Numbered from the stretch's first letter, positions 1 through 6,940 are shown. The stretch: 11,534 nt of DNA from Candidatus Jordarchaeales archaeon (GCA_038858525.1 JAWCFL010000049.1:1-11534); one strand, 5' to 3'. The notes: generated from the letters alone by a model not told the origin. Numbers and translations: made by a program.

Positions 1-20
1 GTGGATTTGAGGGAGTTTTT

Positions 21-279
21 GAAACAAAACAAGTCCCGATGAAAAGGGAACGGCAACAATTATGTGCGGGGGAAATATGAGCCCCCGCTCATGAGAAACA
101 AAACAAGTCCCGATGAAAAGGGAACGGCAACCACAGCCCATACGTGGGTGATGGATGCGCTTTGTGAGGGAAACAAAACAAGTCCCGATGAAAAGGGAAC
201 GGCAATCTATGGCATTCCCAGTAAACCGCACTATTCTAGTCAGAAACAAAATGAGTCTGATGAAAAAGGTAATGGCGAC
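21..279 (+). CRISPR. CRISPR array: 4 repeats (21-57, 95-131, 170-206, degenerate 243-279), 3 spacers (58-94, 132-169, 207-242)
   Basis: Consensus GAAACAAAACAAGTCCCGATGAAAAGGGAACGGCAAC (37 bp) is exact in repeats 1-2, has a terminal C>T in repeat 3, and has 6 substitutions plus 2 indels in repeat 4. Hairpin TCCC-GATGAAAA-GGGA is followed by exactly 8 nt (ACGGCAAC), the expected Cas6-generated 5' tag. This and the degenerate last repeat indicate + strand transcription. The array may continue upstream of the window. Confidence 0.96.
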
Positions 280-299
280 GTGAACGATGCTTTTTTGTT

Positions 300-1140
300 T
301 TTGGGGAGGTGATAGAGTGGTGGGTGGATTTTTTGTGTGTTGTGTGATGGGTGTTTTATTTTGGTTTGTTGGGTTTTTGAGTTGTGGGCTTTGTCTTTGT
401 TGAGTAGGGTGTGTTTTTAGTTGTGGGTGTGTTTTGATGGGTTGGTGGGGGAGGGTGGTTGTGTGGGCTGAGGGTTTGTGTTGTTTGTGGGGGGTGGGAG
501 GGTGATTGTGGTTTTGTCTTGGTGAGTTTTTGTTTTGGGGTGGGTGTGTTGTAACTGTTTTTGTGGTTTTGGGTGTGTTGGGAGATAATTTGGGGGTTAT
601 TTGCATGCTTAGAGTTGGTTTTGATTGGCCGGTTTTCTTTTTTTGGGGTTTTGCGTTGGTGGTGTTAGTTTGTGAGTGTTGCTGGTTAGTGTTGGATTGG
701 TGGGTTTAGTGGCGTTGGGGTGATGGTTTCGTCGTGTGATGGAGGGCGTGCTTAGTCTGGTGGAGGGCGGCGTATCATTGAAAATGTTGGGTGGTGGGGT
801 GGGTTGGCGTCGTCGGTGCAACCTGTCATGGAGGCGTTTTGAGTGTTTACTTATGGGTAATGGGGGGTGTTAGTGGATGTAGAGGGTGGTTGGATTCTGT
901 TCCTTTGCTTTTAGTTTTGGGAGCTCTGGATATTGGTGGTGTCTTTCTGGGGGTGCGTGGTGGTGCTTGTTGGTTTTTCTTTGGCTTTGGGCGGTTCTGG
1001 GGGTGGCGGTTTGCTTTTCGTATTTATTTTTGGTTTTGTGTTTTTGCATTTATTTTTGGTAAAGTTTTTATTTGTGTATTTATTTTTGTTTTTTGGGGTG
1101 GTTGGTTGCGTTTTTTGAGGGTTTTTTGTTCTGGTGGCGG
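300..1140. other. Low-complexity G/T-rich non-coding region between array and Argonaute genes
   Basis: 301-360 has 53/60 G+T and no C. The ORFs here translate to V/G/F/W/L-dominated strings with no recognisable motif. Confidence 0.75.
1058..1077 (+). promoter_or_regulatory. Candidate archaeal BRE/TATA promoter for the Argonaute genes
   Basis: GGTAAAGTTTTTATTTGTGT, about 70 nt upstream of the likely GTG start; resembles the clearer cas10 promoter. Confidence 0.45.
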
Positions 1141-1147
1141 TGTGGGT

Positions 1148-2386
1148 GTGAGTGTTGATTGGAGCAGGGTTGAGGGGGTTTTTGGTGGTGTTGCTGGAAG
1201 GGTTGCTGAGGTTTTGGTTGAGCTTGTTAGGAGGAGGTGCTTTGAGGAGCTGGGGGTTTTTGACGTTAGGGTTTCTGATAGGGGTGGGGTAACTACTTTG
1301 TGGGCGAGGGTTGGAGGTGATTTGTGGGGTAGGGTTTTTAGGGAGGCTGAGGCTGTTGAGGGTTTGCTTCTTGAGAGGTTTAGGCCTGATTTGAGGCATG
1401 TGCTTGGTTTTTTCGTGTCTAGGCGTCCTTTGGAGCCTGTTGTGGTGGCTCGCTACTCGTGCCTTTTGGGCGTTGAGGGAGCTGAGAGGTATCGTGTTTT
1501 GAGCTTGGCTTGCAGGAGGCTTGAGGAGGAGCTTGGTGTTTTGGCTGAGAGGATGGGTTATTCTTCTATAGGTCTCGTCGTTATCGGCGGGGAGGAGGTT
1601 CCAGAGGAGTTGTCGCTGAGTGTTGGTGGTGTGAGTGTTCGGCTTAGGCGTGAAATGTTTGGTGTTGTTGATTGGGGTGAGGTTTGGGGTAGGGATGTTG
1701 TTAAGCGCGCTGTTGGGAGAGCTGTTAAAAGGGCTTTGAGGGGGGCTGGGTTCCACGTTGAGGGGCTTTCTGCCTTTGAGGGGAGGAGTGTGGTTGAAGA
1801 TGAGAGGGTTTCTGTTTATCCCGGGTTTTCCTTCAGCGTCGAGGTGTTGGAGGACGGGCATGTTGCGCTCTCCATTAATCCGAGGCATAGGGTTGTCTCG
1901 CGCCTGACCTTGTGGGAGGAGTTTGGGAGGAGCGCTGATAGGCTACGTTCAGCGTCGGAGCTGTTTTCCGGGCGTAGGGCTGTTTTCCGTGAAAGGACGT
2001 GCGTTGTGGGGGGAGTTGACGAGGCTAGGCTTGTCTCGGACAGGTTGGAGGAGCTTGGCGGCGTCTCTCTTCTCGAGCATTGCAGGCGTTTTGACCCTGG
2101 ATTGGTTGAGGGGGTTGATGAGGGTGAGCCGCTTGTCCATGTATATGTTAAGGGTGAGAGGCTCTACTGCCCTCCTTCCCTTCTGCGCATGATTTACACC
2201 CTTGAGGACTTAAAGGCTATTGGGCTCAGTAGGAGGGTTCAGAAGGCTGCCCAGATGAGCCCGGATGAGCAGGCTAAGGCGAGCTTGAATTACCTTTCCG
2301 TTGTTAGGCGGGTTGACTTTGGGGGGCAAGTTGTAGAGTTTGCTCCGGAAATGGTTGAGCTGGAGGGTGGATGGGTTGAGGGTTAG
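1148..2386 (+). CDS. Split prokaryotic Argonaute, N-terminal half (extra N-terminal segment + N-L1-PAZ-L2), ~412 aa
   Basis: L1-like VYPGFSFSVEVLEDGHVALSINPRHRVVSRLTLWE, PAZ-like SLLEH...DEGEPLVHV...LYCPPSLLR, L2-like QMSPDE...VEFAPEMVEL. Lies directly upstream of a MID-PIWI gene. The ORF track start (791) is in low-complexity sequence; GTG at 1148 (or 1142) is the likely start, which is uncertain. Confidence 0.82.
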   Translation: MSVDWSRVEGVFGGVAGRVAEVLVELVRRRCFEELGVFDVRVSDRGGVTTLWARVGGDLWGRVFREAEAVEGLLLERFRPDLRHVLGFFVSRRPLEPVVVARYSCLLGVEGAERYRVLSLACRRLEEELGVLAERMGYSSIGLVVIGGEEVPEELSLSVGGVSVRLRREMFGVVDWGEVWGRDVVKRAVGRAVKRALRGAGFHVEGLSAFEGRSVVEDERVSVYPGFSFSVEVLEDGHVALSINPRHRVVSRLTLWEEFGRSADRLRSASELFSGRRAVFRERTCVVGGVDEARLVSDRLEELGGVSLLEHCRRFDPGLVEGVDEGEPLVHVYVKGERLYCPPSLLRMIYTLEDLKAIGLSRRVQKAAQMSPDEQAKASLNYLSVVRRVDFGGQVVEFAPEMVELEGGWVEG

Positions 2387-3593
2387 GCGGCTTCCGAGGG
2401 CTGTGTTGAGGTTTAGGGGTGGAACGGCGCCGACGCCTTATGAAGGCTTCAAGCATGGGTTTAAGCCTGTTAGTGGACCATCAAAGCTTAGAGTTTGCGT
2501 CATGTTCGAGCCTGACGTCAAGAGAGAGGCCGAGGAGTTCTGCTACAACCTTGAGCGGGGAGTTAGGGGGTTCGGTGGCTTAGGAGACTGGTTCATGGTT
2601 GAACCAGAGTGGATTTGGGTTCGCGTAGGGGAGGACGGGTTTGAGGAAGCCGCTAACTGTGTAGAAGAGCTAAACCCGGACCTCGCGCTGGCTTTCATAC
2701 CGGACTCCATGGTTGTGAGTTACGAGGACGATCCCTACATGCCTTTGAAGAGGAAGCTTTCAGCGGTGGGGTTGCCGAGCCAGATGGTTGAGCGGTCAAC
2801 GCTTGAAAACTTGAGGGGGAGCGAGTACGTGCTGTTTAACGTGGCTCTTAGCATCTATGCGAAGGCTGGCGGAGTTCCTTGGACTCTGGACGACGCCTTA
2901 ACGCACCACCTAACGGTGGGGATCAACGTTTCAGAAAGAAAACACGGCGCCGTGGCTGCGTGCTACACGCATGGTTCGGGTGAATCCATGAAGTTTGACT
3001 GGGCTACTGCTCCAGCCAGCCTAGACATGCTAGGCGAGGCGGTCTTTCAAGTAGTTGGCTGGGCCGCCGAAAACTACATCGATTCATTGGGGGGCCCGCC
3101 TTCATCGGTCGCCATACACGTTGACGCGGCATCACCCATACTAGAAGCTGGCTTCGGCGCTGCGATTCAGCGCCTTGAAAGCGAAGGCTTGCTTAAAGAA
3201 AAAGCGGTGTACAGCGTGGTATCCATAAACAAGTCAGGGCCGCCGAGGGTTTACGTTAAGATGGGTGACACATTCATGATGCCCGATAAGGGTGCCTGCA
3301 CTGTCCTAGACTATGAGAGGGGGGTGGTCTGCACCTCAGGTTACCCTGAGCAGCCCGCCCTCTCACCTTTGGGGGTGGTGAAGCCTTTAATGGTGGAAGT
3401 CGTCGAGTCAAACTATGAACACAGCATAACAGAAATAATGAGGGACGTTTACTGGCTGAGCGAGATACACTGGGCGTCTGGTTTCAGGACTCCAAGGCTT
3501 CCTGTGACGCTACTTTACCCTGGCAGGATGTGTTCCTTTTTCAGGGCGGGTGTAAAGCCAACATCGCTGAGGGGAACAGCATGGTTCCTCTAG
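2376..3593 (+). CDS. ago: Split prokaryotic Argonaute, MID-PIWI half, predicted nuclease-inactive, ~405 aa
   Basis: Leading LPRAVLRFRGG strand. MID 5'-phosphate pocket Y133-K137-Q148-N167-K175 (numbering of the 2340 ORF; DPYMPLKRK, LPSQMV, NVALSIYAKAGGVPW). PIWI strands VGINVS, AIHVDA and LPVTLLYPG, and a C-terminal WFL. Start is TTG 2376 (GGAGG at 2362-2366) or GTG 2367. Confidence 0.92.
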   Translation: MRVRRLPRAVLRFRGGTAPTPYEGFKHGFKPVSGPSKLRVCVMFEPDVKREAEEFCYNLERGVRGFGGLGDWFMVEPEWIWVRVGEDGFEEAANCVEELNPDLALAFIPDSMVVSYEDDPYMPLKRKLSAVGLPSQMVERSTLENLRGSEYVLFNVALSIYAKAGGVPWTLDDALTHHLTVGINVSERKHGAVAACYTHGSGESMKFDWATAPASLDMLGEAVFQVVGWAAENYIDSLGGPPSSVAIHVDAASPILEAGFGAAIQRLESEGLLKEKAVYSVVSINKSGPPRVYVKMGDTFMMPDKGACTVLDYERGVVCTSGYPEQPALSPLGVVKPLMVEVVESNYEHSITEIMRDVYWLSEIHWASGFRTPRLPVTLLYPGRMCSFFRAGVKPTSLRGTAWFL

Positions 3594-3693
3594 TAGCTCT
3601 AGTGGGTGCTGCCGGCTGGCTGCACGGGGCGCTACGGGCGACTAGTCGTGGATCAATTTCTGGTTAGAGCCTTTACATCTGAAAGTGCTGTGG

Positions 3694-3716
3694 TTCTTTT
3701 TTTCTGTGTTGTCTTT
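3694..3716 (+). terminator. Candidate archaeal oligo-T terminator for the Argonaute transcript
   Basis: TTCTTTTTTTCTGTGTTGTCTTT (T7 run at 3697-3703) in the 124-bp gap between convergent genes. Confidence 0.4.
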
Positions 3717-3717
3717 G

Positions 3718-3999
3718 TCACAGCTTTCTTTTTGGTAGTTCGTTTTTCCATTTTTCTTTAAGTTTCCTTGCCGCTTTCTCGTGGAGGTAAAACTCCTCAG
3801 CGTCGCCCTCCATAACGAGGTATTCGTCTCCCTCTTTAAGCCAAGTTATTCTTTTACCGTTCTTGACCGCTACACCGGCAACTCCCACGCTGGACGTAAC
3901 TTCCTTCGCTATGTTCTCCGCGAGCTCTTCGTCCACTGTTACTATAATCTCCGAGCCACCAATTAATTTTAGGAGCTCACTCGCATGCATTCTACTCAT
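3718..3999 (-). CDS. Hypothetical 93-aa protein, last gene of the type III operon
   Basis: Its ATG overlaps the preceding TGA (ATGA at 3996-3999), with GAGG upstream. Charged E/K-rich protein-like composition. No family recognised. Confidence 0.8.
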   Translation of the reverse strand: MSRMHASELLKLIGGSEIIVTVDEELAENIAKEVTSSVGVAGVAVKNGKRITWLKEGDEYLVMEGDAEEFYLHEKAARKLKEKWKNELPKRKL

Positions 4000-4949
4000 C
4001 GGTTAACCTCCACGGCTTCGTCTAGGTCTCTCAGCTTAAACTTTGACTTGGCCTCGTCTACAGCCTTTGTGATTATCCTCGCGTCCTCTCTTTTTCTTAC
4101 AGGTATTCCTCCTCTGTAATTGTAAGTGTAGGCTTCGAGCAGGCTCATCTTCACTCTGCCTAGAGCTGAAAGTTGATCATTCACTTTCCTCTTAGCGTAC
4201 TTGAAGCGCCCTATCAGCATTGGCTTCCCTTCATGGAGCCGCATCCCCATTAAGAGCAGCCCAAGCTGCTCCCAGGTGAGGTTTATGAATGAAACGGTGA
4301 ACTTGAAAACCGAGCCGGGATCGACGAGAACGTAATTTCCTTTGTTGTGGCCGAAACTCATCGTCCTAACTTCGTATCCCCCTCTCTCCATGAGGGCGTC
4401 CGAGAAGTTAACCTTCGACCCCAAGCTTAACGCTCCAAACATGTCGCAGACCACGCAGACCTCCTCGGGAGGGGAGCAGTGCCCTCTTTCAGGAATAGTT
4501 CCGCCGTACTTCGGGTAACCGTACACCTTCAAGTGACGCCTGTTAAACCTGTTCTGACTCACTCTTCCTCTTACCTTGGAGACGGAGTAGCATGCTTCTA
4601 TAGTGTTGTCGTGCGGCATGAAGAGGTGCTCTATTCTGCTTCTGACCGATCCTTTCAATGTGGATCCGGGAATCACCGGTTCCCCATTTATGTTGGCGTT
4701 TTCCTCAACTAGCTCGCCAAGAGCATTTATTTCAGTTACTTTCTCCACGTCTACTGACGATATTTTTGGTAGTGGATTGGCGAAGAACTTTCTTCCTGTT
4801 CCGATAAATAGGAAGCTGTTTACAACGTCAGCCCTAATCACAAGTCCCCCTGAGACCAACTCGGGGATCAGCCTGTCCCTGCTTCTTTCGTTCCTGCTCC
4901 CGTATGAAGCTACCTTTAGTGGTTGTGTTCTATCTGTGTGCCTCTGCAA
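3996..4949 (-). CDS. csm5: Cas7-group RAMP, large terminal Csm5-like subunit, 317 aa
   Basis: FLFIGTG first strand, PVIPGSTLKGSVRSRIE, CVVCDMFG...VNFSDA, and a degenerate G-loop (IGRFKYAK..LGRV). Terminal position among the RAMPs. TTG start uncertain. Confidence 0.72.
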   Translation of the reverse strand: MQRHTDRTQPLKVASYGSRNERSRDRLIPELVSGGLVIRADVVNSFLFIGTGRKFFANPLPKISSVDVEKVTEINALGELVEENANINGEPVIPGSTLKGSVRSRIEHLFMPHDNTIEACYSVSKVRGRVSQNRFNRRHLKVYGYPKYGGTIPERGHCSPPEEVCVVCDMFGALSLGSKVNFSDALMERGGYEVRTMSFGHNKGNYVLVDPGSVFKFTVSFINLTWEQLGLLLMGMRLHEGKPMLIGRFKYAKRKVNDQLSALGRVKMSLLEAYTYNYRGGIPVRKREDARIITKAVDEAKSKFKLRDLDEAVEVNR

Positions 4950-5799
4950 ATTTTATCCAAGCCTCCTCAAACGCGTTAAGTAGCTTTTCCGTGTAGTCCC
5001 CTTCCGGTTGGAGCACAACTGGGTAGTCGTCTTCTCCGAGCGCCTTGATGGTGTCCGGAATTTGTTTACAGTCAAGCGTCGCTTCCCTCACGGTGATTTT
5101 CGCCCTCCCGAATCCCCTGCTCTTCATTCCCCCAACATGGATCCTTCCGTCATTTATTCCTTTGATCGCCGCTGCAACCAGCCCAACCTGGTAGTTTGGC
5201 ATGTTCTTCATTACAAGCTCGAAGTCGAACTCGCTACCCGGGTTTAGGAACTCCACGGTGTAAAGTGCACGCTTAGCCACTGCCCCCGTCCTCCTGTCTA
5301 TAGCCACCCCCCTCCTCGTCCCGAAGCTATAGGACCCATCGATCCCATAGCAGTCCTTCACGGCCACGTGGCTCATGATGCCTGTGGCGCCGAAAATTCT
5401 GCATGCTAAACAGTAGTTCTTCTCCACGAAGTCGAGCAGCCTACTTATCGCCTCCTCGACGTCTTCGCTCCTCTTAACTTCCTCTTGGAGACGCATCAGT
5501 TTGTTTCCATACCTCTTAGCACAGCTGGAGTCCAAGTATGGGTAGCACGCGTTCAGGTTGTTGCCTTTGAGTCTCGCAGTCCTTATTATGCCCTCAGCAG
5601 CTGACCTGAGAACACCCTTAAGGGACGATCCCGGAATATAGGGAATAAGCCTGTCGCCGATCGTTACTTTTATGCATGAGAGATCTATGAGGTCGGTTAT
5701 CTTGTGTCCCTGCCCCGCCCCAACTCTGAGCGGGGAGACCGCCGTGAGTTTGCCTCTAAACACCACTTCTCTCTTGTTCACGTTGAATCCCAGCATCAC
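4930..5799 (-). CDS. csm3: Cas7-group RAMP (Csm3-like), 289 aa
   Basis: SPLRVGAG, YIPGSSLKGVLRS, CLACRIFG, GVAIDRRTG, VGGMKSRGFG. Start is GTG 5799 or ATG 5796 after GGAGG. Confidence 0.9.
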   Translation of the reverse strand: MMLGFNVNKREVVFRGKLTAVSPLRVGAGQGHKITDLIDLSCIKVTIGDRLIPYIPGSSLKGVLRSAAEGIIRTARLKGNNLNACYPYLDSSCAKRYGNKLMRLQEEVKRSEDVEEAISRLLDFVEKNYCLACRIFGATGIMSHVAVKDCYGIDGSYSFGTRRGVAIDRRTGAVAKRALYTVEFLNPGSEFDFELVMKNMPNYQVGLVAAAIKGINDGRIHVGGMKSRGFGRAKITVREATLDCKQIPDTIKALGEDDYPVVLQPEGDYTEKLLNAFEEAWIKFAEAHR

Positions 5800-6491
5800 G
5801 CCCCCTCCAAGACCTTTACTTCTACACCTTTTCCTCCACTCAACAGGTCGTTGACGCTGATTTTCTTAATGGTCATATTTTCCAGCCTGACAGCGCCCAT
5901 CCCGGTCGACTTTTTTCCTCCGATCTGTATGTTTCCATCGACGAGCTCCTTCAAGATGGCTTTGAGGAGCTTTGCCTCTTCACTGTTCCCCTCTAAGTCT
6001 ATGTTTTCGATGACCATCCTGAACTTGAAGCGGGTGCCCCTTGATACCGCCTCGACGTTGTAGAGGTGCCCGGGGAAGACGGAGCCCAAAACCCTGTCTA
6101 TCGCTACTCCAGGCTTAACTAGTGTTGAAACGTTCTCCTCTAGAGGAAGGGCATCGGATATCCTAACGTGGGCAGCCAAGCTCTTACTTCCAAAGAGGCG
6201 GCACACGACGCACGCCTCTTTTTCACAGACCTTCACGGGCGGGAGACAGACACTTAAACCGCTGCCTCTAGCGATTCTTTCAGCTTCAGCCCTCAGCGAC
6301 CCCTTCAACGATGAACCAGGAATATACGGGACATCCCTACCGTCAACTTTTACCCTGATGACAGGGTTGTCCAGGGTCGATGAAGTCGCCTCCGCCGCTC
6401 CAATGTGAAGCAACGAGTCGCAGACGAGCTCCCCTTCAACAAGGTACCTTATCTTCAACCTGTCAAAGTCCGCATTCACTTCCCCACTCAT
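5796..6491 (-). CDS. csm3: Csm3 (Cas7) backbone RNase, 231 aa
   Basis: LLHIGA, catalytic-loop LDNPV, YIPGSSLKGSLR, CVVCRLFGS, GVAIDR, IGGKKSTGMG. ATGA overlap with the upstream gene. Confidence 0.93.
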   Translation of the reverse strand: MSGEVNADFDRLKIRYLVEGELVCDSLLHIGAAEATSSTLDNPVIRVKVDGRDVPYIPGSSLKGSLRAEAERIARGSGLSVCLPPVKVCEKEACVVCRLFGSKSLAAHVRISDALPLEENVSTLVKPGVAIDRVLGSVFPGHLYNVEAVSRGTRFKFRMVIENIDLEGNSEEAKLLKAILKELVDGNIQIGGKKSTGMGAVRLENMTIKKISVNDLLSGGKGVEVKVLEGA

Positions 6492-6940
6492 TTCTTTATC
6501 CTCCCCGAGTTGGCCCGCGTTCTCTCAAAGTATTTTTCCGGGTTAAGGAACATCTCTTTAAGGTGATCAAACCCACCAGACTTGAACTTCTCCGCATCCA
6601 CCTTTACGCTATCCTCTCTCTTGAGTTCCTTGATTATCTCGTAGGACCATTTGAACATGCCTAGAAACTCTTTAAGCTTCTTCGCATCGTTGTTCAATTC
6701 CTTGCAGACACAGATTATCTCGTCAGCTACCTTTTTAGGAGATATGAGCTTGCGCTCCGCCTGCCTCATCAGAAAAATCAAAAAGTAAATCACTGCTTCA
6801 CTGTTCTCTGGCCTCTCATTAATGACTTCTAGAAGGTTTTCTATCTGGTTTTTTTCTGTATCATTGCTGGCCAGCGCCGCCACGTAGACAGCCCTATCCA
6901 TCATTTCCTTGAAACTCATTTTTTTAGAGCTTTCGGACAT
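6488..6940 (-). CDS. csm2: Probable small subunit Cas11 (Csm2-like), 150 aa
   Basis: Small, predicted all-helical protein with FLIFLMRQAER and LKEFLGMFKW segments, located between csx10 and cas7 as in type III-D. Strong GGAGGTGA Shine-Dalgarno. Confidence 0.68.
   Translation of the reverse strand: MSESSKKMSFKEMMDRAVYVAALASNDTEKNQIENLLEVINERPENSEAVIYFLIFLMRQAERKLISPKKVADEIICVCKELNNDAKKLKEFLGMFKWSYEIIKELKREDSVKVDAEKFKSGGFDHLKEMFLNPEKYFERTRANSGRIKK

Noticed and set aside
58-242. Possible self-targeting of spacers against genes in this window
   Set aside because: No match seen by eye; a proper alignment would be needed to exclude partial matches.
64-312. 82-aa ORF with repeated NKTSPDEKGTA
   Set aside because: It is a translation of the CRISPR repeats and spacers.
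506-1147. Hydrophobic ORFs (506-709, 933-1118) and the 791-1147 extension of the Ago-N ORF, superficially membrane-protein-like
   Set aside because: G/T-only sequence inevitably yields V/F/L/G/W/C strings; no clear start signals, and a candidate promoter lies inside the region. A membrane effector cannot be strictly excluded but is unsupported.
609-1888. Long minus-strand ORFs (609-821, 911-1888; P/T/N/K-rich)
   Set aside because: The A/C-rich strand has few T and so few stop codons; these are shadows of the compositional skew and of the Ago-N gene.
1148-3593. Interpretation as a standard short pAgo (APAZ-effector) system or as an active MpAgo-like CRISPR-associated slicer
   Set aside because: The upstream gene has PAZ- and L2-like segments and no recognisable SIR2/TIR/nuclease domain. 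The PIWI tetrad is degenerate and the MID pocket is of the 5'-phosphate type.
3639-3648. Perfect 10-bp palindrome CGACTAGTCG in the convergent intergenic gap
   Set aside because: A single 10-bp palindrome is expected several times by chance in 11.5 kb and has no supporting context.
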